A stretch of DNA of 64,000 nucleotides, from assembly GCA_964106915.2 (NCBI GenBank), contig OZ066919.1; one strand, written 5' to 3'. This document shows, in pieces, positions 21,481 to 35,183 of this stretch. Within the stretch, counting starts at the first letter, position 1. Each line of letters starts with the position of its first letter. The translations under genes and the position numbers were made by a program. Origin of the DNA: Podarcis gaigeae (taxonomy: Eukaryota). The notes below the pieces were generated by a model. That model was not told where the DNA came from. It made no database searches and saw only the letters and a program-made list of their open reading frames with translations.

Positions 21481-23154
21481 GATGTGAATGTGAACCAGTT
21501 TCATCAGGACAGCTTGTGTGATAATGAGTGGCAAACAACGGGGCACACATACAGATGGGAAACGTGGCTCTAAGTTTATACACTGTGTTTTAGCAGGGCT
21601 TCAAACCAATGTTTCTCATATTCAGGACCAAACCACATTTTACAGGCTATAGTGGGTTTTCCCAAAAGCTGAGATATTACAAATACTTGCAAATATGTAA
21701 TCTGTATTGCGGCAAAAGGCCTCATAATAGTGAATTCTGCAAAAACCAAAGCAGGCTTTCACTAAATAGAAAACCATGCTACTTTATTTGTGTTTTGTAA
21801 AGTTTTGTGGGAATAACACAAGTGCTGATATGACTCCATACGGTGGATTGTGGTACCTTGAAGGAACAGGAAGAGTGCTTCCAACTTCTGCAGTGCCCAC
21901 ACAAGCAAGCATTTATTTCTTGTGAAGGTGGACAGAGGTTTCACTGTCCCACCAATTTTAAGGCCCGCAAAGAACAGCAAAAAATAATTTTTGCTGACTT
22001 AGGAGAACAAGGGCTGTGAAAAATGACTTTTATTCAGGAAACACAGACAATTACACCGCCAAACAAAGACCTCATAATTGTGATGTTTTCTACACGTAAG
22101 GCCTAAACCAGCTTTGTATACAAAATGGCTCCCATGACTGCTGTGTGCATTCTCTTCCACATTCAGATTAAGAACCTTCACACAATGGCACAAAGAGCAC
22201 AAGGTAGCTTCAAAGAACTGTTTACGCTTCGTGTGTGAATACACCCTTTGATTTCAATGTTAATGGTTAATGATTCATGTTAATAGAAACTGTGGCCTCT
22301 GAAGCTGTGGAGGCAAATTTACCTGACTCAGAGAATCTCTGGTCAATTTACTCTATAAAGTCAACTCGCCACACAGTACTATATACCATGTAGTATTATC
22401 AATGATAGGACCTTGTTTGAGCAGATTGGTGCATCTAGAATGATGAATTGCCACAGGGCTTTCTGTAGCTGGAACAACATTTGGAAGTAATGGGTTACCT
22501 CTAGAGTTGTGGCAGCAGCACACACTGGCATTCTGGCAGTCGCCTAAAGTCCATCTTATATGTCTTGAAAAGCCCCTGCTAGAAACCACACCACAATTTT
22601 CTGCCTGCTGCTTTTCATTCTGTAGAATAGCAACATATTCCAGCTCAAAGACGGCCACTTGGGCTAGGAATCCAACAGCCCGGCTGCTGTTGTGGTGGAG
22701 CAGGCATTTGTGCTATAAACTATTTGTGTTTCAAGGAAGATTGTAAATTCCTGCTCATTCAGCTGCTCAGCAGCACCCTCCCTTTTCCTGTGCACGGAAG
22801 CCCAATACACACCAGTCTTTGTTCCCTGGACAGAACCTTGCCTTAGAGTGCCAAGATCCCTTACAAAACTAACACAGTTACTCAAGCAGCAGAGGAATGC
22901 TAGACGCCCCCCACCCCATGTGTTTCAAGTGTAGGGCCCCTCATCCAGAGACCCACCCTCTAGCCCAGTGCCCTCAAGTTTGGCCTAGTTATAAGAACAG
23001 AAGCAATCAGGCAAGTAACAGTACACTTGCAGGGGTTGGTTATTCTGGCACAGACATGCATTTCAAAGGTTTGGTTCAGAGGAAGGGGCAAGAGACACAG
23101 TGGGAAGCAACGCAGCACAGATGCAGATCCCATAACCAAGTAAATGAGCTACAA

Positions 23155-23554
23155 ATAGAGATGGAGGAGAAATTGGATTCCATATCCATTTAGAAGCAAA
23201 CCTACAAAATTTGCACTCTCCAGAACAAAGTACAAACCAAAACACAACCATAAATTTGCACTTCTCTGAATTTTGCAATGCAGCCCCCTAGCCAAGTAAT
23301 GTGCACAAAAATGGATATACTAGGGGAAAGTGTGCACATAAATGCATATAATAGGGTTTTTTTAAGTGTAGAAAAATAAGGGGAAATGCATTGTAAATAT
23401 GTGTGTGTTAGGAGATATTCACAATAAAATGCTGATAAATTATCATGAGAACTTTTCAAAGATAAATAAATCTCCACGTGCTGTAGAAATGTGACAAACA
23501 GAATTTATGATTGGGAGAAAAAGTGAGAAAAAGGTATGGATTCATTCATCCCTA
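23155..23554 (+). repeat. Old interspersed repeat of about 400 bp (relatives about 14690-15060, 15620-16480 on -, 51981-52406)
   Basis: Shared motifs (ggaggagaaat, ttttgcartg, caaaaatgYRYatattagggga) in four places; class not determined. Confidence 0.55.
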
Positions 23555-24393
23555 ACTATAAGGACATGTAAGTCACAGTGCGAAAGGCTGCTGAACCCAT
23601 TCTCTGGATTCTTCCTCCATTGTCTATAAAGCAAAGTCAGATAAAAAGAATTATCCCATTGTTACTGCATTTTCATTAGATCTGTAGCAAAATTGTGTCA
23701 AATGCCTGTCTTCTTCTGTACTGGAAATAGTAAGTTTAGATTAGAACCAAAACATTTAGATTTATTTAGACAAAATAACTCTGCTTGGCTGTATTGAAGT
23801 TTGTGAACGAGCACATTCCCACAGCTTTTTGAACTCATGATGATAGCAGTGTTTTTGGTCAGCCTTTTCCCCATGCTGCCATATTCTGAACAGGTGTGTG
23901 TGCAGCTCAGACAGGACAAATTATTTGTAGCTGGCTGTAATCACAGCCCCACAGGCCAAACCACCACTACCATAGACTTGAGCTGTGTAGACACTCTGCA
24001 TCCAGTGTGCTCCTGCTGGTGATTCAAGAAGCAGTATACACAGGACATAAGTCACAATCCATTTTTATTCTGTTGTTTCTTATGAAATACTGTGTTTTGA
24101 TTCCCCCCCCCCAAAAAAAATAAACACCCAGCTTCAATCTGAACTGAGAAAAGAACAAACTGACTGCACTTTAAACCTGGAAAGCATCACTGAAAAGTCC
24201 TGTGGCATTAAATGTGGCATTGAAATGGAGTTAACCAGTCTTCAAAGAAGGGGAGCCAACTGCAGCAGTCGATATCTTGGCCCCTGAAACTGTTCAACCC
24301 CACAAACCTCAACATGCTCCAAAGGAGCTGAAACCCTCTTCAAATCATGTGTCAAATCCTCTTCAAATTATGAGTCCTTTTGGGGTAGCTTAA

Positions 24394-24718
24394 ACACATA
24401 AGAACATAACACCCTGCTGGCCCATGTAGTCCAGCATCCCATTCTCACAGTGGCCAAGCAGGTGTGTGGGAAACCCATAAACAGGATTCGAGCACAAGAG
24501 CACAAGAGCACTCTCTCCCTGTGCTTCCCAGCAACTAGTATTCATATTATGGCCTCTGTGGAGGCAGAGCATAGCAATTACGGCCAGTAGCCATCAATAG
24601 TCCTCTCCTCCATGAATGTTTCCTCTTTTAAGGCCATCCAAGTTGGTGGGCATCACTGCTTCCTGGGGGAGCAAGCTCCACAGCTTAACTACAAGCTGCG
24701 TGAAAAAGTACTTTCTTT
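24394..24718 (-). mobile_element. CR1-type 3' end, degenerate
   Basis: acataagaacataa is a (TTCTTATG)n tail on the - strand, followed by CR1-like 3'UTR sequence. Confidence 0.55.
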
Positions 24719-26252
24719 GGAGCTTTTTGATACTGTTACCGATATTTTTGTTTCATTATTTTGTATCATTATCTTACCACGTGGATATTGTTTCATTATG
24801 GTTGATGTGTTTTATTTACTGTTTACGGCTACTTTTGTTGTTTGGAATTAACTAATCCTTTTCTCATTGTTGTAAACCACCTTGAGCAGCTATGGAAAGG
24901 CAGCATACAAATGAGATGGTGCTGATGATAAACTTGTGCCGTGACACGTCTTGTCTTGCTTGCCTTGTCTTTAAACGAAAATCTCCCAAATGCCGCAACT
25001 TTTCTTCTGAGGGGAATCACTCGCTTTCCTTGATCATAAATGTATCAGTGCAGGTTTCCAACTCTGTGGCGTGTGTGTGTGAGGGGGGAGGCGGAGAGAG
25101 AGGGAGAGGGAGGGAGAGATCTGGGAAACAAAAGCCTGGCTGGGACAGAGGGCAGAGGCAGAGATCCCAGGCTGGCTGAAGCGACTGTCCTGCCTAATGC
25201 AGCTGCGTCAGCAAGGATGGAGGGGGGTGAATGAGGAGGCGTCTTTCATGCCCCACTCAATGGAGCAGGTTCAGGCCTCAGGAAAAGCAGGTCAGAGATG
25301 GGAAAATATGCTGCAGAAACAACAAACAGCTGCCAAGACACCCCTCCTTAATCTCCCCGCCACCAGGCTCAGTTCTAAGGGCCTCCCCCCACCTCTCTTT
25401 TGCAACAGGGCACAAACCCTTTAACAGCCCTGAAAGGGAATCCACGCCTCTCCTTTTTATCTCCCCGGAGTGCAACAGCCCCCATTGGCCCGCCAGCCTT
25501 TGCCAGCCAACCAATCGGATGACTGTTGCCAAGATGAGTTTGTTTGAACTAGGGCGTATGTGGGGAAAGGAGGGACGGAGGCTTTTTCATTCTGTTGCCA
25601 GGAGAGAAAGGCAGACTCCAGAGAGGAGCTGGCCTGATACAACAGGTGGCCCTGCAGGGCTGGGAGTAGGCAAAGTTGCATCCCTCAACAGCTTGTCAGC
25701 CCAGCAGCTCTGCTCCCACCCTGCAGGGATGGAGTGGAATTATTTGGGATTCTTGGCTGAACACAAACTCTGTACCAAAGTTCCCAGAACCTCCAATCTC
25801 ATGCATCTAGGAAATTACATTGCTTTCTTCAAAGGCTGCCAAACATCCTGCATTTTAAAGCTGCCTTCACACACACACACACACACACCCCAGAAGCCTT
25901 TGACTTGACACAAAACTAACCCCATAGGGTTAGGGTTTCCCAAACTGAATCTGCAGGTCATGGGCAAAGGTCAGGTCAAGACGCGGAGGGCAAGGGCAGT
26001 GTCAACACCAGACGGCCTCCACGGGAGAAAGATTATCGTGCTTTTGTTTCCATTTTTTTCTGGGGAGTTGAAGGATGGCGTGTTTGATGGTGGAGCTGGC
26101 AGCCCTGATCTGCAGACACTCCTCCAGGCTGTTGCCTTCTTCAGTTGTTTTGCAAGGCCTTGGCAGTATTTTGATTATGCATTGAATGCTATGGTTATTT
26201 TGTACCGCAAGCCATCTTGGGCTACATCAGTCTGAAGCATGGGACACAAATA

Positions 26253-26494
26253 CAGTGGTACCTCGGGTTAAGTACTGAATTCGTTCCAGAGGTCCGTTCT
26301 TAACCTGAAACTGTTCTTAACCTGAAGCACCACTTTAGCTAATGGGGCCTCCAGCTGCTGCCGTGCCGCCAGAGCACGATTTTTGTTCTCATCCTGAAGC
26401 AAAGTTCTTAACCTGAAGCACTATTTCTGAGTTAGCGGAGTCTGTAACCTGAAGCATATGTAACCTGAAGCGTATGTAACCTGTGGTACCACTG
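26253..26494 (+). mobile_element. Tigger/mariner-like MITE (family A)
   Basis: TA-CAGTGGTACC...GGTACCACTG-TA, repeated TAACCTGAAG subterminal motifs. Confidence 0.85.
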
Positions 26495-26496
26495 TA

Positions 26497-26754
26497 CAGT
26501 CATACCTCAGGTTGAAGTAGCTTCAGGTTAAGTGTTTTCAGGTTGCGCTCTGCGGCGACCCAGAAGTAACGGAGCACGTTACTTCCGGGTTTCGCCACTT
26601 GTGCAGACGCTCAAAATGATGTCACGCGCATGCGCGTGCGGAAGCAGCGAAATGTGACCCACACACACGCAGACGCACAGTCACATGTTACGTTCTACTC
26701 AGGATGCGAACAGGGCTCCAGAACGGATCCCGTTCACATCCAGAGGTACCACTG
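26497..26754. mobile_element. Tigger/mariner-like MITE (family B), directly abutting the previous element
   Basis: CAGTCATACCTC...GAGGTACCACTG-TA; shares the TA at 26495-26496. Confidence 0.8.
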
Positions 26755-28087
26755 TACTTTAGTAAAACCCTGTAAAAGCGCAGACCAAACGGGGGACCAA
26801 ATAAATGTAGGTAGACCAAAGGTCACATGCATTTAAAGCACTTCAGCAATCATGGCTTTTCCCAAGGAATTCGGTGAATTGTAGTTTACCCCTCACAGAG
26901 CTACAATTCCTGGGACTCTTAACAACAACAATTTTCTTAGTTATACCCCGCCCATCTGGCCACAGTTTTCTTTGTGGGAAGCCATGTGCTTCAAGCGTAT
27001 GGTGTGGGTGTGACTGATAATGACTCAATCATTCCACCTTAAATTCTTTTTAAAAAAACAAACATTGTTTGTCTCCATTTTTCTCTAGCCTAGATGGTGT
27101 CATGCTCATTGACAACCCAGGTATTACACAGGCGGCTATCTGGGTTTAATCAACATATCTACTGTAGATTTGCTGAGGGGCCTTGGACAAGTCATTATCT
27201 ATCAGGCTTACATGCTCTAACTTTGCTTGTTTACCAGGGACAGTGTCTATTGCATTTTGGGGGGAGATCTGGATGTCTAAAAGTTATATTTCTATTGTGG
27301 TGCTGGGAGAGTTTTTAATGTTTAGAAGTTACTTTTTTTTTTAGTGGTCGGGAATGTATTTTGGCCCTACTGCATATGCATGTAAATGCACACACAGGGA
27401 CAAAACACAAAACAGCAGCATATAATGCATCTTTTGCATTTGCATCTCCCTTCCCTATCTCCCCATTTTTAAAAAATGCAGCTAGGGGAGCTATTCATAA
27501 GTACAGCCAGATCCACTGTGTGACTCAACATTCTATTCAACACTCAACATTCTGATTAAAATGGTCAGGCAGCGATGTGTAAAGGGAGACTCAAACTACA
27601 ATTGTGGCTGTGATAGTCAGGCTCTTGCAAATTTTGCACAAGAAGTATGTTCCTATTTTCATCTGTGAAATGTTGGAGGATGAGCAGACTTAATTTTTCA
27701 TCTGCAAGCGACTCATTTCCCCTTTAAATAATTTCCCCTTTAAGTATATTGGGTAAGAAGAAATGACATAGAATGCACTTTCCTTAATGCAGTTCAAGTA
27801 TGCAAAATAAACCAATAAATCTCTATAGCACATTTCATTCCTGGAAATTTCATTCCTGGAATTCTTTCATAAATTTATCCACTTTCTGGCCATGGGGAAA
27901 ATGCTAACCTTCCACTGGCCTGATGTGCAAGTGGGAGTGCCATTAGGCACAGCACTGAAAACCATTAAGGCCCAAGGGAGCAAACTGGATGTGATGTGGT
28001 GATCAATGGCTTTGCTTAAAAGAAGCCACAGGAAAGGGTTTGAGTTAAAGCTATGGTTCTGGGGGAGATGTGGTTTAAACAGAGAGA

Positions 28088-28312
28088 GAGCTAGTATGGT
28101 ACAGTGGTTAGAGTGTTGGATTAGGACATCAGAGGCCTGGGTTCAAATCCCTGCTCAGCCATAGAACTCACTGGGTGATCTTGGGTCAGACACCATCTTT
28201 CAGCCTGACCTACCTCACAGGGTTGTTGTGATGATAAAATGGGGAGGAAGAGAATGTGTACCCCACCTTGAGCTTCTTGGAGGAAAGGGAGGGTATAAAT
28301 GCAATAAATAAA
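28088..28312 (+). mobile_element. tRNA-derived CORE-type SINE (Squam3/MIR-like)
   Basis: Box A TGGTACAGTGG (28097), box B GGTTCAAATCC (28140), CORE-like cctacctcacagggttgttgtg, (TAAA)n tail. Confidence 0.8.
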
Positions 28313-28318
28313 CTATAT

Positions 28319-28322
<4 letters not shown>

Positions 28323-28404
<82 letters not shown>
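28323..28404. repeat. Compound (TC)16(AC)13(AG)12 microsatellite
   Basis: Direct reading. Confidence 0.95.
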
Positions 28405-31400
28405 CAAATATAGCTTTTAAGTGTTATTTCCATCAGAGAAATAGCACGAGACACAAGGATATTACAGTCTCTTCCACCAGCATTGCATACCATCCAACTT
28501 TTCCAGACCCAAAACCAGGGTGTGCATCTTCCAGGATGTGCTCCCAGATAAATCATATGACCCGTGACTCAATCTCGCACAAAAATGTGCTTTTTCAGGG
28601 CGAGAGTGCAGCAGGAAAGCATATGAGATCATGGCACCCAAAATGGCCTCTGCAATCTTGTGCAAAAAAAATTGATGTCCCATTTTCCCAGGGCACTTGG
28701 CACATATGGCATTGTGGCCAACCTGTATCCTGCCACCCATAGCTGCTTTTAAGAAAAGAGAAAGACTTCAGCTCCAATAATGGATTTTCCATAGCATTTC
28801 TAGTTGGGCCAATAGTAACAGCAGAAAAAAAAACCTGAGAGGCTCTCAATTTTGTCCTGTTCTTTAACCACTAGACACTGATTTACCAGATGCAGTAGCC
28901 ATATCACCCTGACTGTTAGAAGAACTGCAAACTTCTGCTTTCCAAGAAATGACAAATCTCAGGAGGCCTGATTTGCAAGCCTCTTTTTATTATTCCTCTT
29001 ACAAGCTGCACCCCAGAGAGGTTTTGACTTGCCACCTACTTCACAGACTCTCTTAAACCCCACACTGTTCCTGATACAAAGGCAATAATTAATGTCTAAC
29101 TCTTGCCATCTCTAGATCCAAGTCACAGTTTTCTTTTGGGATAGTCAGGAATCTCACCTAGTCATCAGGCATGTCCTGACAACACTGTATATTTCCCTTG
29201 CTCTCACCCCCTAAAATAGTCAAGAAGTATTTTTAGGCTTTGTGGATAAGAAATTCCCCATCCCTTCGGATTTCATTCATGCCTTCCCCTCTTTGTTTAA
29301 CTGGCCATCTGTCTCACTGTACTGTACAGCATGCGCCATTATGCGCTGGGAAGCGTGTGTGCCGTAAATATCAAGTCGTGCTTTGTTTTGCTTTCAAAAA
29401 GGCATGTTGGTGATCGGTGCCGTGGCTCCAAGAAGAGGCCTGCAAAGGACAAAGGCAATGTATTGCCTGCGGAGAATTCTGTGCCATTTTGGCTTTGCTC
29501 TGTGATTACACTTGACAAGGTCAGGATTCTGCAAGGCGAGGTTCATGGATGCTCGTACCTCCTTTAAAACCTGGCAGTTTTTCACCCTAACACCAGAGAA
29601 AGGGGGACAGTTACACTGGGGTCCCCTTAACTCACAAGGCACGCTGCATGGGAACTGCAAAGAGTGAAAAGGCACCAACCCAACCCCGCTGGCTACAAGC
29701 GTGTGTGTGTGCACTCCAGGGTTACCCTTGGAAACAGTGCTTCAGCTAACATCTGCCGTGCCTGTTCTTTTAGAGGGCGGAGGGAGAGAGAGGGAGGCAG
29801 ACATTCTTCCTGCCCTTTTGTCCATGTTTCAAGCAGAGGTGCAAAGAAAGCACAATATTTCTGGCTTTCATGTCGAAGGGTTGCCCCTCATCCACTCCGA
29901 TGTACAATAGGTAGCTGATCCACTGAAGTGGAAAAAAGGAGGAATAATAAAATAAATAGCAATACGTACTGCTTGCTCAAAGGACCCAGAGTGGTAGCTA
30001 ATTCATATACCTGTGAACTACATATCTCCCACAATTGTAATTCTAACATAGAAATTTAGAATCTAGATTTAAAATAATTCTTTTTTTTTTTTGTCTGCTG
30101 CTTTCTCTCCTGTACAAATAGCTCACGAGGCTCGAGTGAAAGGCACTTCTAATGTGTGAAAAAGCCCTCAGGATAAACTTCAGTTTCTCTAAAATCTTTC
30201 ATCAATTTGATCTTATGTCAGCTCCACAAAATGCCCTGTCAGCTATTTAAAACAATCTCTTCTTAAACTAAAAGGGGGGGGGGATATATTTTCCAGCTAC
30301 CTTCAGCATCCTCAGCATGTCCTTGTGTTTACTGGTCTTACTGCAATATCATCGTTTAACCAAGAGATGGGGAACCTGTGTGGCTTTCAGATGTTGCTGG
30401 ATTTCATATCCCATCACCCCTGACCATTGGCCATGCAGACTTGGTGGATCTGGAGTCCCACAACATTTGGAGGGCTACAGGTTCCCCATCCCTTGTTTAA
30501 CCTCATACCCTTTAAAACAAAGTCAGAAATGGGCATTAGAGGACAGTGTGTGTGTGTCACTCATCATCAGCATGGTCCAGTTATGACCAATAAACCATGA
30601 CACTAGCCAATTCAATGAAACCAATGATATTTTCGTATGCTGTAAATACCCATTTCTCCTTTCCAACTGGAAAAAAATATATTTTCCCACACCTGAATCG
30701 CTGCTTTCAAAAACACCATTCTGCAACAATTGAGCAACACCTATGCATTTCCTGAACAATAAAGCAATTATTTGGAAAGTTCGCCCAAAGCCCAGACCGG
30801 GCAGGGAGGGAAGGGTTTTTGTTTAGAACCAGGAAAGCCCTGCCCCAAGACTGGTGCAGACTGGTGAGAAGACCAAGTGCCTCTTGCCCTTTTAATTTGC
30901 CCCTTCCTACCACATACACTCAGAAATCTCTTTTGGGACTATGAGCTGCTGACTCTCATGTGCTAACATTCTGCACAAGTGAAGGTATGGGAAGAGAAGG
31001 TTGGGAAATAGATCTTTTATTGCTGAGGAGGAACATTCCTACTGAAATAACAGCTGAGGGTTCACTGAGGGTGTCTGGCAGCGCCTTCTCGAGAAAGAGC
31101 TTTGATCCTATCCCATATCCCCGGCCAGCTAGTGCCAGGACACTCCAAGCTGCCTTTGGGGCATGGGGTGGGGTGGTTTCCATGAGTCACTAATGCAGGC
31201 AAGACCCAAACAGGAGACAGTAAAAAGAGCCAGTGTGGAGATTAGTGTAAAAATTACAAGGGTGTCTGAGCCAGGCTTCTAAGCCCTCAGATATTAAGTA
31301 GTGCTCAGAGCAGAGAAGGCAGTGGAGAGCGGTTCAATGAGGCCCCACAGCTAAAAAACATCTCCAGTCTTTTCTAGTTGCTTGTTCATCCAGTCTGTGC

Positions 31401-32065
31401 CTGCCTCTTGTACCTCTCTCTTTCTCCTCGTGTTTATATTACCTCCTCTGCCTCCTAAAACGGCCATCTCTCTCCAGGGTGCCTCAAGCTGTTGAGGTGG
31501 GGAGGGAGAGGGGAGGTGATGCAAATCACAAGTTATTCTTTTCCTGTCTGGCCATGTCTGGTGCTTGTGTGTGTTTGCACACACGTCTCTCTCTATCTCT
31601 GTCTGTGTGTGGTGATTAGTCTCAGATTGTAAGGTTGATGAATCAGCACAAGGAGAAGGAGGAGAGGATTGCAGTCTGGCCCTTGACTCAGGGGAAAAAC
31701 CTTACACCTTCCTATAGTACCTATTCTCAATCTGGCTTCGTTTACTGAGGTTCCCCCTCCCATTTTTGCAGTTAACAAACAAGAGAAAAACCATATCATT
31801 ACAACATTGAATCATAAGGAATCATTATTTTTTTGTTACTTTTCAATATGATTTTCACAAACGTGGTTTTTTTTCCTCCCATCAAAAACATATAAAATTA
31901 TATACCAGCAACAATTATGACATCTGCAATATTAATGAAGTTTTCTGTACATTAATCAACCTCTTTTGTTGCCAGGGCAGACTCCCTTATTTTTCTAACA
32001 GTATAGCACTGAATATACTATTATGTGCCATACAGTTTTAATAACTAACCTGTGTTCCTCTAGTG

Positions 32066-32201
32066 CAGTGTTTCCCAACCTTGTGCCTCCAGATGTTTTT
32101 GGCCTACAACTCCCATCATCCCTGACCACTGGTCTTGCTAGCTAGGGATGATGGGAGTTGTAGGCCAAAAACATCTGGAGGCACAAGGTTGGGAAACACT
32201 G
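32066..32201. mobile_element. hAT (Charlie-like) fold-back MITE, 136 bp
   Basis: Perfect 58-bp inverted arms, 20-nt loop, exact 8-bp TSD ctctagtg. Decayed relatives near 1475-1612, 30361-30493, 41130-41245, 43399-43500, 59275-59395. Confidence 0.92.
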
Positions 32202-35183
32202 CTCTAGTGAGTGTTTTTCCAGGAATGTTGATTATTAATAGAAATCAAATGACAAATGCAAACATGTCTTGTAGTTTTCAAATACATCTAGGGATTTGAT
32301 TTGTTGAGGTCTGGGTTTTGCTGATAATGAAACAAACAGGAATGCAATACTGTGGCTTGCCTGTCCTCAGCAGAAACCTTCTGTAGAAGGTGGCTCTAAG
32401 GGCCAAACTAGACTCTCATGATTCACGCACCCGATAATCCCATTTGGAATAGGAGGCACAGATAACTCCCAGAGCCCACATAAGACATGATGTCACCCAA
32501 GATGGTGAACTCCACTGCTGCCCCTCTTCCTCTACCCTCTTCCCATAATTTTAGAGTTCACTAGAGATCTCTCCAACCTCCACATGGTATCGTTCTGAGG
32601 AAGGGGGTTTAATGTATTGCTATTATAGTTATTCCATCAGTGCAAGCATTTCTACTTGCCAGATAGAATGGTCTCCCTTCTCTTTCCCCTGCATTCTGTT
32701 CTGTGGGTTCCTTGACCCACCAACTAGGCACAGGACGAGCAGAAGTGTGGTCGAGCCCTAAGTGTATAGTATTACAGCCTAAGACTGCAACTTATTGGGA
32801 GTAAATCCCATTGAACTCTGTAGGATCTACTTAAGAAGCTGCCGTATCTGAGTCAGATCATCAGGCCCATCTCTCTCTGTACTGGCTACACTGACTGGCA
32901 TTGGCTCACCAGGATTTGAGACTGTCCTATCTGGAGATTGGAACTGGGGCTTTCTGCATGAGAAGTATTTGTCACAGTCCTTTCCTAAATGCATGTTTCT
33001 GAGCATGCATGGATACAAGAATACAGAATGAGAGCGAAGAGTTTGCTATTTGGGCATTTGCCAGAACACCTTTGCCAAGATCAGCAAAGGACAATCACTT
33101 CAAAAAAAAAAAACTCCACCATTCTCCCTTTCAACAGAGCAACCAAAAAGGTCAAAAGAACAGGGGGTTGTTGGTTGGCACACCCTGTGACTTCCAAGTT
33201 AAAGAGGTCCACTGAGTGTGAAGGGTGGACCAAAGCCTGGAACTAGCATAACACGCATGGGCTCAGGCGGCACTTCCTTCTTTTCATAGAAAGGGCTTGT
33301 TATCAGGATTGGGATCTTAGGCTAACAAGCTGAGGATCACAATGGCAATGAAAAACAAGACTTAAAGGAGCAATAAAAAGAGATCACTCATTGCTGCCTT
33401 TAAAGCCTACAGCTATAAAACTGTTGTTGGGATTTTGGATTTAAAAAGGTACAGAAATAAATCCAGAGCAGCCTCTATACACATAAAAATGTACACATAT
33501 GGAATCTCTCCATGTTATTGGGGATACTGCACTGAGACAAACACACAAAAATTTGTACACACATAGCAAGCTTCCAGACTGTTTTGGGGTGGGATTCAAT
33601 CACATACCAGCAAACTGAGGTTGCATAATTAAAGTCCAATAGGGCTCTTGCACGGCAAGTCCACTTCTCCCCCAAATTGGATTTTTTGCAGTGAGGAAAG
33701 TGTCACTAAAATGCAAAATGGAAAGTGTGGGATAACAACAGATTGATGTAATGTTGTATAACCTCCACATAAACAAATTAGAATGAATGCTCAATGAACA
33801 AGTCATCTGGAAGTGAGCATAATCTCTGTCCCAACCTTCCAGTAAATATGTGGAGACTAGGGGCAGGACCAGAGGTCAATGTAATCCCATTTCCCCCTCG
33901 CCCACATAGTTATGGGTGTGAGGGCATCTTACATCTGGGAAATCATCTGTGCAAGGAGTAAATGGTCCTGTTAGGTTGATGTCTAAAATATAATGCCAAC
34001 ACTGAAAAGCTGTGGTGGTTCTTATAATGGCATTTCTACAGAGACATAATATCCTAAATTCATTGCATAGTGTGGAGCTCTGATGGAAGCTTCTTCTCCC
34101 TGCATTAAAGGGAAAGTCAAAAGATATCTGATACCTATAAAGCATGAACCATGCACCTAACACAATATGAGCTGACCTTACAAATACCTACCAGTGAAAT
34201 CTTATATATATGTCTGTTCAGAATTAAAACCCATTGAGTTCAGCAGATGTGTACAGTTTGCAGTGTAAAGTGATTAATTGTAATGTAATGCAAGTGACAG
34301 TAGCTGATGTTGCTGGTGACAATTCTTGCGGATGGCCAGGCTCTTCGCATCTGATGTCCGGGCTACCAAGATTCTGAATATCGCCATTATGAATGGGCAG
34401 CTAAAATTCCAGTAGGTTAGTGCAGATCAATGTTCACCATCATAAAGAGCCAAGAATAGAGTTAGTATATATACCATGTACAAACAGAGCCTGGAGGAAT
34501 TTTAAACTTTCCACACTCTTTGAAATAATTTCCTAACACAAACCCAGGACTTCACACATACCCCAGATCCCCTTCCCCAATAAAAAAAGCCTGCCTAGAG
34601 GCACAAATCATGTGTTTTATTTGGCTGTCTCACTGCACAAATAAAGGCCAGGCTGTGTTTCAATTTGCTGTGAAACTTTACAGCTCGTTTTCATCCTCTC
34701 AGTCTGTAGTGTCTGGATTTTCTTGTCCTTGGAGTTTAGGGGCTGCTGGGAGCGGCACTGGCAACTATTTTCTTCTTCAACCATCCTCACCTTCCGAGAA
34801 TCACACACATGCATTTGCTCTAACACAAGATTACCTCATTCAAACGAGTTGCCAGATTGGGCTGCAGTCTTGCACACTGACCTAGAAATGAGCCCCAGAG
34901 AACACAGGGCAACTAAACCTCTGGATAAATGTGCGCAGAAGCCCAGCACCAAACTATTTTATTAAAATGCAAGTTTGAATAAAATCCAAAATGCAATTTA
35001 AGTAACAAGAATTCTGTAATGCCTGTTCTCCCTCACATCTTCATCTGCAGAGGAACAAGCAGTGGTTTTGTGATATGGCCACTGAGGCTGCAGTCCTATA
35101 CATACTTACCTAGGAGAAAGTACCATTAATCTCAGTGGGTCTTACTTCTGAGTAGAAATGCATATTATTGCACTGAAGGCAAT

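Noticed and set aside
25231-25908. 225-aa ORF in unique sequence
   Set aside because: No recognisable domain, starts at GTG, runs through a (CA)n repeat, and no splice or homology support is visible.
28088-28165. tRNA gene (box A and box B present); likewise the Sauria SINE heads
   Set aside because: No full cloverleaf; continues into SINE body and tail.
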